The translations under genes were made by a program, and so were the position numbers. The notes beneath the pieces were generated by a model, which worked only from the letters and a program-made list of their open reading frames with translations, ran no database searches and had not been told where the DNA came from. A stretch of DNA of 64,000 nt from an uncultured Planctomycetota bacterium (GTDB lineage: Bacteria; Planctomycetota; Planctomycetia; Isosphaerales; Isosphaeraceae): contig CAWGMQ010000006.1 in the NCBI GenBank assembly GCA_963823665.1, forward strand, positions 1,696,001 to 1,760,000. Direction: 5' to 3'. Shown piece after piece: positions 18,840 to 31,800 of the stretch; positions within the stretch are counted from its first letter, which is position 1; each line of letters begins with the position of its first letter.

Positions 18840-20190
18840 TCAAAGCCCCAGTTGCTTGCGTTTGCGATAGAGGGTGCTCGGGTCGATCCCGAGGATGCGT
18901 GCCGCATCGTCCAGTGTGGGTGCCTGTCTGAGGATGAGCCGGATGTGCTCGGTCTCGAGCTGATCGAGGCGCACTCGCGCGCCGACCTCGACGGCGCAGG
19001 CTTCCTCGGTCGAGGTGCCCTGCCCGCCCGCGGCGACACGGCTCGGTAGATCACCCAGTCCGAGGGTCGGCCCCGCGGCGAAGATGACCGCGCGCTCGAT
19101 CGCATTCCTCAGCTCGCGAAGGTTGCCGGGCCATGAGTATTCGACCAGCGCGCGCCGTGCCTCCTCCGAGAACCCCTCAATCTTCTTGCCGAGTTGATTG
19201 GCGAAGAACGCCAGCATGTGTTCCGCGAGCTGCATGCGGTCGGATCGTGCGCGCAGCGGTGGCAGCGCGAGCTCGACGACGTTCAGCCGGAAGAGCAGGT
19301 CTTCGCGGAATTGACCGGCGGATACAGCGTCTTCGAGGTTGCGGTTCGACGCCGCGATCAACCGAACGTCCGCAGTCCGGGTGCGAGTTTCGCCCACGCG
19401 CTCGTAGCGGCGCTCCTGCAGGAATCGCAGCAGTTTGGGCTGGAGCAAAAGGGGAAGGTCGCCGATCTCGTCGAGGAAAAGAGAGCCTCCCTCGGCGGCT
19501 TCGACCTTGCCCTCGGTGTCGGTGACGGCCCCGGTGAATGATCCGCGGGCATGGCCAAATAGCTCGCTTTCGAGCAACTCGGCGTTCAAACTTGGGCAGC
19601 TCACAGTGACAAAAGGTCCCGAGGCACGAGCGGCTCCACGCGTGAATCGCTCGAGCGAGCACGCCCTTGCCCGTGCCGCTCTCCCCGCGGATCAGCACGA
19701 CCGCGTCGGTGGCGGCAACCTTGTGGCCCTGTTCGAATACCAGATCGAGCGCGCGGTCGTTGCGCGCGAACGACGCCTCCGGCACCTCGCTCACAAGCTG
19801 CTGCTTGAGCCCCGCAAGCTGGTTCTCCAGCGAGCGCACTCGCTCGAGACGCTCCAGTACGGCGCGAACCTGCGCGGGCGTAAACGGCTTGGGCAAGTAA
19901 TCAAACGCGCCCCGGCGCATGGCGTCCACGGCGTTTTCGATGCTGGCGAATGCCGTCACGATGACGACCGCCAGCCGCGAATACCGCGAAGCCAGAGTCT
20001 CGAGCAGGTTGAATCCGGATTCTTCTCCGAGCTTCAGGTCGACAAGCGCCAGGTCGAAATGCGCACGCTCGAATTGTCGCAGGGCCTCCGGAATGCCGGT
20101 CGCTTCCTCCACCTTATGTTTGGCCGCTTCGAGGGCGATCCGCAGAGTCTTTCGGATGTTGGCTTCGTCGTCGACGATCAAGATTCGCAT
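18840..20190 (-). CDS. sigma54-dependent NtrC-family response regulator, AlgB-like (frameshift near 19620)
   Basis: REC domain, [34 protein letters not shown], Fis-type [20 protein letters not shown]. Confidence 0.9.
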
Positions 20191-20399
20191 GTGTGGTTCG
20201 CAACGAGGCTGATGGATCGCGCCCTTCCGTTCATTCTTGTCAATCGAGCGTCTGAATCAAAAGAGGTAACCGGGCCGGTGTGTCTCGAGGCCGGGCCTCG
20301 CCCCGGCGCGGACGAAGCACGCCGGCAAACGGCGCGTTCAGCCGTGCGTTGCGCGCATCCCGGCCATCCTAGCAAACGCCGGGCCATTCCGGATTCCGT

Positions 20400-23300
20400 T
20401 CACCAATCGAGCCCCATCTCCCCCAGGCTGCGGCGGAGCTGGTCCAGGTCCCAGACAATCGTGGGAAGCTGATAAGCCGTGGCGGCCAGCAGCCCACCGT
20501 CGCCACTGAAACGCAGGCAGCGAATCTGGCCCGTGCCGCTGCGCAGCCGCACGATCCGGTCGAACGTCGAGCCGTCCCACAAGATGATCGTCCCCTGGTC
20601 GGACCCCGATGCGAGCCAGCGTCCATCGGGGTGAAACGCCACGGCATAGATCGGCGAGTTTTGCCCTATCAGTGATCGGTGTGGCGCAGCGGGGAGCGTG
20701 CCCAGACGGTCAAGGTCCCAGAGCGCGATCGAGCCGTCCTGGGCCGCGGCCGCCAGCCAGCGGCCGTCGGCGCGCACGGCCAGGTCGCGCACCTGTACGC
20801 CGAGCGCATGCAGCAAACCCAGCGGTTGGCCAGTTTCATAGTCCCAGAGGCGAACCTTTCCATCGAGCGAGCCGGATGCCAGCCAGCGCTTGCCCGGCAA
20901 AAATGCAAGGCCCGTCACCTGCGCCTCATGACCTTCAATGTGACGAAGCTGCCGCCTTGTTTCAGGATCCCATATCCTGATGTCGCCGCCATGCGAGTGT
21001 TCCGCGCCGGTGGCCAGAAGCTTCGAGTCGGCGGTCCACGCGGCGCTCCAAGCCTGGCCGCCGTGGCCGGAGAGGACACGCGGGCTGGTGATCGTCCGCG
21101 CGTCAGTCAGCAGGACGGTGCCGTCGTTCGCGCACGCCGCGACCCAGCGCCCGTTCGGACTGGCGGCGATGCCCCGACGAATCCTGTTCTTGACCCTGGC
21201 ACGGCTTCCACAGACGAATTCAGTGACACCGGCTCGGCGCGTGAACCATTGCCACTCGACCCGCCCGCGGTGCTTCGTGCCAGGTCGATCGCGGCGATTG
21301 GGTATCGATTCACCCACCCTGCCCACATGTGAGCCACCAGAAAACTCGACCCATCGGGGCTGAACCGGCCGGCGCGGGTGCCGTGCGGTACGACGGCCAC
21401 GATCGTGCCGGAGCGAAGGTCACACACGGCCGTGCCCTTCGCGCAATCGGTGACGGCGTATCGCCCTTTCGGGTCGATCGTCACGTAATAACATCCGAGG
21501 CCCTCGAGTGTGAAGATCACGGAATCCTTTCCCGACTCGACGTCCCAGACCCTGAGGGTCCCGTCCCCCGCGACAGAGGCGAGGCGCCGCCCGTCAGGAA
21601 GAAACGAAAGTGCCATCACGTGGGCGGAATGCCCGCGGAGAAGCTGCCGGCGCCGCCCCGATCGTGGATCCAAGACGGCAATCGCACCGTCCTCGGCTGA
21701 GAGGGCCAGGCAGTTTTTTCCCCAGGCAACGGCAACGGGCGAGGGCCCGCTCTCGAAGAGCCGCCTGGGTGAACTGGCGCCCGACGCCAGGTCCCAGATC
21801 GCCGCCCCGCGCTCGCCTCCCAGCAGGAGCTCCTTGCCGTCCGCACTCCAAGCAACGGACTTCACCTCGCCCAGTTCCGGCGCGAGCGTTCGAACCGCGG
21901 TTCGCTGCTTCCAGTCCCAGATCTTGACCGTGCCGTCGCGAGACCCGGAGGCCAGCAACTTGCCGTCTGGGCCCAGCGCCAAATCATCGACCCGGTCGCC
22001 GTGCTGCATCGAGCGCTGCCTCGCGCCGCGCCGCGATGTCCCTGATCCGGATCACCCCGTCGTGGCGGCTGAACGCGAGCCCAGCTCCGTTATCAATCAC
22101 TTCTATCGCATTCACGGCGGCTTCAACGCGCAAGCGAGGAGCCGCCCGCATTCCGTTCGAAAAATCGGTCATCGTTGTACCAGACACCAGCCGCCGCGAA
22201 TCACCGACGAATGCAATGCTGTGGCTTCTTTCGGCAATGAAAGCTCGCTCTGTCGGTTCTGCCAACTGCCACACCCGAACCCGTCCATCCCGATGACCGA
22301 CGGCGATGCGTTCTTCGTCCCGGGAGAGGTCCAGCGCCATTGCCGGTCCAAACTCGCCCGAGGCGGTGGCAAGGCTCTTGTAGCCGTTGCCGTTCCCGAG
22401 GTTCGCTCGCTCCCAGAGCCGGACACTCCCGTCGCCTGACGCGGTGAACAGTCGCGACTTCGCATCCACACGCAGCCTGGTAACGGCCTCGGATGCCAGG
22501 TGGCTGTGCCCCCAAACCTTGTGCGCCCGCTCCTGGGTCCACTCAATTCCATAACCTTCCACTGCCCCAAACACGATGCTCGCGCTGAAATCGTCAACGG
22601 GCTCCGGACAGAACGCCAACCCTCGCGGCGTGAACGTACCGGTCAGGGCAACGCGGCGAAGAAGACCACCCGTCGCCACATCCCAGAGACGGACCTGGGT
22701 GTCCGCCGACGCCGAGGCAAAGTGCTTCCCGGAAAACGAAAACGCGAGGTCGCTCACCCGGCCGCCATGTCCGGTCAGAATTCGGCCCTTCTCCGCGGCG
22801 CGCGCCACGGGATCTGCTGCCGCCGCATCGAACGGGACCATGCGAAGGAAGCCCTTATCGCCCCCCGCGGCGAGCCAGGCACCGTCTGGCGAGAAGAGCA
22901 CCGAATGGATCGGCTCTTGATCCTTCACGGCAAAGAGCGGAGGGCCCCCCACCGCGCTGCCACCGATTTTCCAGACCCGGACCGAGCCGTCGGCCGTGGA
23001 GGCAGCCAGCCAGGCCCCGCCGGGATGAAAGGCAACCCCAGTGACATCCTTTTCGGAGCCCTTGAGGACCAGGCGGGGAGTGTCTTCACCAATCGACCAG
23101 ACGCGAATCGTTCCGTCGCGCGACCCGGAAGCCACCGATTGCCCGTCGGGGCTGAACGCTGTACCCAGGACCGCGCCCGTATGGCCGGTCCAGGTCTTTT
23201 CCAGGCGAAAGCACGGAACGTCTGCGCCGAAACTTTCAATGGCCAGCTCCCGCTGCTCCGTGCGGTCCTGAGCAGGACCGGCGAGTTGCGTCGCCTGGCG

Positions 23301-24686
23301 CAGCTTCTCAATCGCCGTGAATCGCCACGAGGTCTCGCGCGTCTGGATCAACCCGCGCGCCTCGCCCAAGAGCGCCCGCACCAGCGTCGCTTCCGCGCGA
23401 TCGCGCTCAGTGCGGAACCGGTCCCGCTCATGCACGACTCGCCAGAAGCCGAGCGACGACACGGCGACGATCACCAGGACCGCGGCGGCGATCGTCGAGG
23501 CCAGGACCGGTTGGCGGCGGCACCAAAGCGCCAGGCGCGTTGCCGAGCCGACCCGGCGGGCGACGACCGGCTTCCCCGCGAGGTAATTGTGGAGGTCTTC
23601 CTCCAGCGCCAGTGCCGACCCGTAGCGCTTCTGCGGCCGCTTGTCCAGACACTTGAGGCACACCGTCTCCAGATCGCGCGGCAGCCGCGGGCGGAGCCGC
23701 GACGGTGCAATCGGCTCCTGGGTGCGCAGCAGGAGCATCGTGTCGAGCGGGCTGGCCGACTGAAACGGCGGTCTGCCGACGAGGAGCGCGTAGAGGATCG
23801 CCCCCAGGCCATAGACGTCGGTGGCCGGACCGATGGCCCCGGTCCGACCATCCGCCTGCTCCGGCGACATGTACGACGGCGTGCCGAGGATCTCGCCTGA
23901 CTGCGTCGCAGCGGTCGCTTCCGCCCCGAGAACATTCATACGCGCAAGGCCGAAGTCGGTCACCTTCGGGATGAAATTCATCCCGTCGCTTCCGGGCGCG
24001 GCTTTGATGTCACCAGGCAGCGGCTCGAGGATGATGTTGCCGGGCTTCAAGTCGCGATGCAGCACCCCGCGCACATGCGCATGCGCGATCGCGCCGGCCA
24101 GTGCGGCCACGATGCGCGCGGCCAGCCGCGGCGGTACAGGCTCTTCGCGCGCCTTGAGCCATTCGGAAAGCGTCATCCCCGGGCAATAGGCCGACGCGAT
24201 GAAGCTGATCGACCCTTCCTCACCCGCGTCGAAAACCGGCACAAGGTTGGGATGATCGAGCACGGCGGCGGCGCGAGCTTCACGCTCGAACCTCGCGCGC
24301 ATCTCGGCCGTGACCATCACCTCCGGTCGTGGCAGCTTGAGCGCGACCTGGCGGCGCAGCCGCGGGTCGTATGCCAGAAAGACCACTCCATAGGCGCCGC
24401 GCCCCAGCTCACTGCGGACCTCGAAGCGGCCAAATCGGGTGATGCCCTCGCCCTGCGGGATGGATGGAGCCGCTGCCGGTGGCGGACCTTCGCCGGGCAA
24501 CGTCCACACCGCTCGGACGAATTCGCACCAGGCCCCATCCTCCTCCAGCTTCCCACGCAAAGCCGGCGGCAGGCTCTCCGAGTCCTGCTCGAGCTTGGTC
24601 GGCAACCGCGCGGCGACGGCGTCATCGTGGTCGGCAAGCCAGGCGATGTACTCGTCTTCCGGAATCAGACCCGCTTCGCCGGTCAT
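20400..24686 (-). CDS. Membrane Ser/Thr protein kinase with C-terminal WD40 propellers, copy 1 (frameshifts near 22010 and 21200)
   Basis: LGRGAYGVV, HRDLKPGN, DFG, GTPSYMSPEQ, TM helix, many GH...WD repeats. ATGA-coupled to the ECF stop. Confidence 0.9.
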
Positions 24687-25339
24687 TGAGAGCTTGCCCA
24701 CTCATCGCGCAAGCTGTCCATCGCCCGCGCCCAGACCTTCCGTGCCGCCTCCGGCGATCGCCCCATCGCCCGCCCGATCTGTTCGAAGGAGAGGTTTGCC
24801 TCGTACCGCAGCCTGACAACCTGGCGATAGTCCTCCGGCAGCTTTTCGAGCGCCGCTTTGAGCGTCTGCGAGTGCTCGCGCGCGACGATCTTGGCGCTGG
24901 GACTGGCCGTCGACGCGGCTACGTCATAATACGGCCCGCCGTTGGCGCTGGTGATCCCGAGCCCGACCTCCCGCGCGACGCACCGCTTGTCCGTTTCGCG
25001 ATAGAACCTGCTGAAGGCCTGGACGTTGTGCATCAGTATCCGGAGCAGCCAGAAGCGAAACTCGCCGCGCGATCCGCCGTGAAACCGCCCGAAGTCACGC
25101 TGGGCCTCGAGAAACGTCTCCTGCACCAGGTCCGATGCCCCGGCCTTGGCGCACAGGTCCGCCCCCAGCTCCTTCTCCGCCACAAGCAGCAGATAACGGC
25201 GGCAAGTCTCCAGCGCGTGCCCAAGCGCCTCGGGCGAGCCGCCGCGAGCTTCACTCAATAACCGGTCGTGCTCGCCAACCTCGCCGGACACGGACATCGA
25301 CCCGCCCCCAGACCCAGAGGCTTTCGTCAGGAAAGACAC
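24683..25339 (-). CDS. ECF sigma-70 factor, planctomycete-type, copy 1
   Basis: GASDLVQETFLEAQRDF (region 2) and LPEDYRQVVRLRY...SFEQIG (region 4). Confidence 0.9.
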   Translation of the reverse strand: MSFLTKASGSGGGSMSVSGEVGEHDRLLSEARGGSPEALGHALETCRRYLLLVAEKELGADLCAKAGASDLVQETFLEAQRDFGRFHGGSRGEFRFWLLRILMHNVQAFSRFYRETDKRCVAREVGLGITSANGGPYYDVAASTASPSAKIVAREHSQTLKAALEKLPEDYRQVVRLRYEANLSFEQIGRAMGRSPEAARKVWARAMDSLRDEWASSQ

Positions 25340-25352
25340 TCCACCGAGTCGG

Positions 25353-25382
25353 AGTATAGCCGGGACGCGCCAGCGGATTCAA
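25353..25382 (-). promoter_or_regulatory. sigma70-type promoter TTGAAT-N18-TATACT for ECF copy 1
   Basis: Both hexamers and the spacer length are conserved in copy 2 (38507-38536) while the spacer sequence differs. Confidence 0.6.
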
Positions 25383-25474
25383 GCGATTGCTTGGATGGTC
25401 ACACGGGCATGATGCTCAAAGGCCACGCTTGATCGATACGACCTCCTCCCCGAGCGGGCCAAAGAAACCAACGC

Positions 25475-25523
25475 CCTCGTTCCCACGCTCCGCGTGGGAA
25501 CGGCCCGCCTGCCGCTCTGCGGC
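25475..25523 (+). repeat. 49-nt two-hairpin REP-like element (copy 2)
   Basis: CCTCGTTCCCACGCTCCGCGTGGGAACG...GCCGCTCTGCGGC. Confidence 0.7.
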
Positions 25524-25616
25524 GAGCTCAACGTCAACCGGCGAGATTCCTCCTGGATCAGCCTCCACTCGCGCACGGTCCCGCCGGGTGCGCATACAGA
25601 ATCCTGTCCTACATCC

Positions 25617-25699
25617 ATAGGCTCCAAAAGACGCTCAAACCGGACGCGACCGGAAAATTTTCTGCGAGCGCGTCCGGTTTCCAGATTCTCGGAGCCTAT
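25617..25699. promoter_or_regulatory. Back-to-back GTCCGG-N16/17-GCCTAT motifs (putative ECF promoters), cassette 1
   Basis: Minus-strand copy at 25617-25645 and plus-strand copy at 25672-25699. Same arrangement in cassette 2. Confidence 0.65.
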
Positions 25700-25872
25700 T
25701 AAGAGCCAGGCGATGCGCAGCTCGCGCGCGGCGCCCACAGTCGTAGGGGATTCCTCGTCTTTCACTTGCAAAGGGCGAGCTTGTTCGAGCACGCACTTAG
25801 AGCAGAACCCGACCGAGTAGTCTCAAACTCCGCCCGTCGAATTTCGATGTCGATTCTCAAGGAGCCGCACCG

Positions 25873-28800
25873 ATGTCGCACAGCCTCTCCTGTAAGCTCA
25901 CCGGTCTGTTTGCCGCCACGAAACGAGCACATCACCCCCATCGATCACGTGGCATCGCGCGCACACTGGAATTGCTCGAGCCCCGCACGCTGCTTTCCAG
26001 CCTGTGGTACGTCAACTCGGCGGCCAGCGGCACGCCCGACGGAATGACACCCGACACCGGCTTCCTCACAATCCAGGCAGCGATCGACGTTGCATCTGCG
26101 GGCGACACAATCCTCGTGGAAACAGGCAACGGTTACAACGAATCCGATACGGTCGGTATGGCGGGCCTCATGATCGAAGCCGACTCCGGCCAAAACCCGG
26201 TGCTGGACGGCACCACTCACAGCGCCCAGTCCGCACCCGGCTTCACGGTGACCGCCGGCGCGACCGGCGTGTCGATCGAAGGACTGACGATCCAGAACTT
26301 CTCTAACAGCTCCGCGATCGTCGTCGCAAGCGGCGCTTCACTCACCCTGGACGGCAACACGATACAAGACAACACCAACAGCAGCGGCGCCGGCGGCGGC
26401 ATCGAAAACGATGGCACGCTGACAATCACCGGCGGCACGATTGCGAATAACTTTGCCGGGGGCTGGGGCGGCGGCATCGAAAATGAGGGCGGCGCCACGC
26501 TCACGATGACCGGCGGCACAATCTCCGGCAACGAGTGCGGGCCTGGCGGCGGCGGTATCGAGAACTGGGGCACGCTCTCGATCTCCGGTGGCACGCTCGA
26601 AAACAACTCCGCGTACCACGGTGGCGGGATCAGGAACGACGGCACGGCGACGATCTCGGGCGACGTGACGATCTCGGGCAACAACGGCTACTACTTCGGC
26701 GGCATCGACAATGAGGGCACGTTGACGATGACCGGTGGCACAGTGGATGATAACACGGCCCAGTTTAGGGGCGGTGGCATCGGCAATTTCGGCACTCTCA
26801 ACATCACTGGCGGCTCAATCGAAGATAACACCACGATCCACGCTTCGGGCGGGGGCATCAGCAATGGTGGTGTGCTCACGATCTCCGGAGGCACAATCTC
26901 GGACAACACCGGTGGCGGTGTCCTGAACCTGGCCACGCTGACGATCACCGGCGGCACGATCGACGATAACTCGGGCGGCGGCATCGAGAACCTGGGGGGC
27001 ACCGCGACGATCTCGGCGCGACGATCTCGGGCAACAATGCCGGCAATGGTGGCGGCATCTGGAACTTCGGCACGCTGACGATTTCCGGTGGGACGATCGA
27101 AAATAACTCCGCGTACCACGGTGGCGCGATCGGGAACGTCGGCACGGCGACGATCTCGGGCGACGTGGTGATCTCGGGCAACAACGGCTACTACTTCGGC
27201 GGCATCGACAATGAGGGCACGCTGACGATGACCGGCGGCACAGTGGATGATAACACGGCCCAGCGTAGGGGCGGTGGCATAGGCAATGCCGGCACTCTCA
27301 ATATCTACGGCGGCACAATCGAAGACAACACCACGATCCACGCTTCGGGCGCGGGCATCAGCAATGGTGGTGTGCTCACGATCTCCGGAGGCACAATCTC
27401 GGGCAACACCGGTGGCGGTGTCCTGAACCTGGCCACGCTGACGATCACCGGCGGCACGATCGACGATAACTCGGGCGGCGGCATCGAGAACCTGGGGGGC
27501 ACCGCGACGATCTCGGGCGACACGATCTCGGGCAACAATGCCGGCAATGGTGGCGGCATCTGGAACTCCGGCACGCTGACGATTTCCGGCGGAACGATCG
27601 AGAATAACTCCGCGTACCATGGCGGCGGGATCGGAAACGTCGGCACGGTGACGATCTCGGGCGACGTGACGATCTCGGGCAACAACGGCTACTACTTCGG
27701 CGGCATCGACAATGAGGGCACGCTGACGATGACCGGCGGCACAGTGGAGGATAACACGGCCCAGCGTAGGGGCGGTGGCATAGGCAATGCCGGCACGCTC
27801 AACATCTCTGGCGGCTCAATCGAAAACAACACTGCGACAAACGCCTCCGGCGGCGGCATCGTCAGCTTTGGCGTGCTCATGATCTCCGGCGGCACGATCT
27901 CGGGAAACAACGGCCGCGGCGGAGGCGGCATCGACAACTTCAACACGCTGACAATCACCGGCGGCACGATTGCCAATAACTTTGCCGAGGGCTATGGCGG
28001 CGGCATCGCAAATGAAGGCGGCGCCACGCTCACGATGACCGGCGGCACAATCTCGGGCAACGGGTGCTGGTTTGGCGGCGGTGGTATCGAGAACTGGGGC
28101 ACGCTCTCGGTCTCGGGCGGCGCACTCGAAAATAACTCCGGTTACCTCGGTGGCGAGATCGGGAACGACGGCACGGCAACGATCTCGGGCGAGGTGACGA
28201 TCTCGGGCAACAGCGCTGGCTACGGCGGCGGTGTCGCAAACTCGGGCGGCACGTTGACGATCTCAGGCGGCACATTCGACGACAACACAGCCCAGCATAG
28301 GGGCGGTGGCGTCTTCATCAATTCCGGCACGGTCACGATCTCGGGCGGCGTGATCGAGAACAACACGACCGGGAACGGGGGAGGCGCTGGCGTTGCGAAT
28401 GGTGGCGCTCTGACGATTTCGGGCGGTGAGATCTCGGGCAACACCGCCGGCGGTGGCGGCGCAGTCTTGAATCTTTCCACGCTCACGGTCACCGGCGGCA
28501 CGATCGACGATAATTCCGGCGGCGGCATGATAAACTACGGCACCGCGACCATCTCAGGCGAGACGATCTCGGGCAACAATGCCGCCTATGGTGGCGGCAT
28601 CTGGAACTTCGGCACGCTGACGATTTCCGGCGGTACGATCGAAAACAACACCGCCAACCAGGGCGCCGGCATCCGCAACGATAACACGCTGACGATCACC
28701 GACGGCACGATCGAGAATAACATCGCCGGGGTTACTTCAGGAGGCATCTTCAATAACAGCGGCTCGGTGACCATCGAAGGCGGCACGATCTCCGGCAACA

Positions 28801-31800
28801 CCGCCCCCTACCAAAGCGGCGGCATCGGAAACTCTGGCACGCTCACGATCTCCGGCGGCACAATCGAAGACAACTCGTCATCGGACTTCGCCGGCGGCCT
28901 CGGGAACTTCGGCACGGCGGCAATCTCCGCCGGCACGTTTTCGGGCAACACCGCTGCCTATCAAGGCGGCGCCATTTACAACGGCGGCTCTCTGAGTGTC
29001 ACCGGCGGCACGATCTCCGGCAACACGGCCAGCTACGATGGCGGCGGCATCGCAAACTCTTTCACGCTTGTGATCACCGGCGGCTCGATCCAGAATAACT
29101 CCGCCCGACGCTCCGGCGGCGGCGTCATGAACTTCCGCACCGCGACGATCAGCGGAGATACGATTTCGGGCAACAACGCCACCAATGGCGGCGGAATCAA
29201 CAACGTCGGCACGCTCACGATCTCGAGCGCCACGATCGAAGACAACTCGGCCGATGTCGGCGGCGCTGTATGCAACTCGCGCGGGTCTCTGTCCGTTGGC
29301 CACTCCACCTTCGACGCGAACAAAGCCACCGGATTTGGCGGTGGGATCTTCAACCAGTACGGGCACCTCTCCTTGACCGATTGCGATTTCACTGACAACA
29401 CGGCCGGAACCACCGGCGGCGCCGTATCCAGCGTTCTGGCGCGGGTTCGATCTCCGGCTGCTCATTCACCGGCAATTCTGCCGGGGCGATTGGCGGAGGA
29501 GGTATCTCGGTCTACGGCGGAGCCTTGACGATCTCCAACAGCATGTTCACCGGCAACACCGCGCAAAACTCAGGCGGAGCGCTCCTCAACTGGGATAACG
29601 GGTCGGTGAACATGACGAACTGCACCATCACCGACAATTCGGCCGGCGCAGGCGGCGGCATCGCCAACTGGCAGGGCACCGTCACGATCAGCGGCACGAC
29701 GATTTCGGACAATTCTGCCAGCGGCGGGGGCGGTATCTACAACCAAGCCACCCTCACCGACAATGGCGGCACGCTCAGCAGCAACTCGGCCCCAGCGGGT
29801 GCAGCGATCTTCACGCAGGGCGGATCGCTCACGCTGAACGCTGGGACAATCCAGGCTCCGCCGACCTTTACCGGTAGCAACATCGAGATTCAGGGCGGGG
29901 CCAGCGTCATCATGTCCGGTGTGACCGTCGACAGCGCAGCCACCTCGACCGCCATCGAGGTGAACGCCAGCTCCCTCACGGCAACCGGCATTGGCATCAC
30001 CGGCTACCTGATCGGCATCTCGGTCGTGAACAACGGCAGCGCCACGATCACCGACAGCACACTCTCAAGCGACGCCACCGGTATCCTGGTTGGCTCCGGC
30101 GCGAGCGACACCTGCACCGTGACGGCAACGAACGACAGCTTTGCCAGTGACACCACGGGCGTGCAGAACAACCAAACGGGCGGGCCGTTGAATGCCACCC
30201 TCGACTGGTGGGGAAGCGTCACCGGCCCGGCCAATGCGACCAACCCCGGCGGAACCGGCGCAGCGGCCGCCGGCAACGTCAGCTTCAGCCCCTGGCTCGG
30301 CGACGCTAGCATCGTCGCCCCCGATTACCTTGTCTTCCTTTCCACGACCGGCAATCAGTACGCGGTGACTCCGAACAGCGGCAACAGCAGCTTGCAAGTG
30401 ACCTTGGGCGGCAGTCCGGTTGGGTCCATATCCGGCGGCGACACACTTGGATTCACCGGCAGCGGCGGGACCGTGACGATCAACGGCGAGACCGGCGCCA
30501 GTAGCTTGGATGTCTTCAACATCAACGACACCTCGGTAAAGTTTGCTGCCGCCGACGGCCTCTCGGGCTCAACGATCAGCTTCGTCGGCACCGCCATCAC
30601 CCGCAACGTCGATGCCCAGGGGACCACAAACACGTTCAATATCCTGGGCGCCGGCGCCAGCGGACCCTCCGGAAGCCTGGTGGGCGACGTGGGCACGAAC
30701 GCCTTCGTCTTCAGCGGATCGTCGAAGCTGATCGGCAGCATCCAGGGCGCCGGGTCGAGCACGCTCGACTTCTCGGCGTACGGAAGCGGCGTGACCGTGA
30801 AGCTCGCGAATGGCACGGCCACAGGCGTGAGCGGCACCGTCGCGGGAATCACCGCCGTGATTGGCAGTGCCTTCAACGACACCCTGAAGGCGGGCACGGT
30901 CCCCGGAGTCGCGCTCACGGGTGGGCTTGGCATCAACACATTAAGCGGTACCGGCGCCGGCGACAGCGTGGTGGAATCGATTTCGTCGAATTACACGTTG
31001 GTCAATGGCAGCTTGACCGGCACGGGCTCGGCCAGCTTCACCGACAACCTGACCGGGATCAAGGTCGCCACGCTTTCAGGGGCCAGCGCGACGGGCAACA
31101 CCTTCACGGTCAGCGGCTGGACCGGCAGCGGGTCGCTCACCGCGCCAGCAGGAACCGGCACGGTCGCGGCCAGCAAGAGCAACAACTTCACGCTGAGCAA
31201 CACATCCTTGTCTTCCGGTGACGGCATGTCGCTGACTTTGAGCGGAATCGTGACCGCCAATCTGACAATCGCAGCCACCGGGCACACCTTCACCGAGACC
31301 GGCTGGATTGGAAACGGCTCACTCACCGGCACGTCGTCGACCGTAGCGGCGTCGAACCCGTCCGGCTTCACGATCACCCCGACGTCGCTCACCTCCGGCC
31401 CCATGTCGCTCTCCTTGGCTGGCATCACCACGGCCAACCTCACCGATTCGAGCGGCGGCGGCAACACGTTCGTCATCAACGGATGGACGGGCTCCGGCAA
31501 GCTCAGCGGCACCGGCGAGACGGTCGCCGAGAGCGTTTCGACCGCCGTTACACTCGCCGACAACTCATTGGCGGTCACGGGCATCCCCGCGCTCACGATG
31601 AGCGGTTTCACCGCAGCGAATCTCACCGATACCGCCGGTGGTAACGTCTTCACAGTGAGCGGATGGAAGGGGAGCGGCTCGCTCGACGATACCGGTTCCA
31701 CGCCGGACACCGTGGCTGCAAGCAAGGCCGCCAGCTATACGCTCGCCAGCAACGCGCTCACGTCGACGGACGGTATGACGCTCGGCTTGACCGGATTCGC

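Noticed and set aside
16775..20190. Programmed ribosomal frameshifting in the two-component genes
   Set aside because: No consistent slippery sites, and similar indels occur throughout the window, so sequencing error is more parsimonious.
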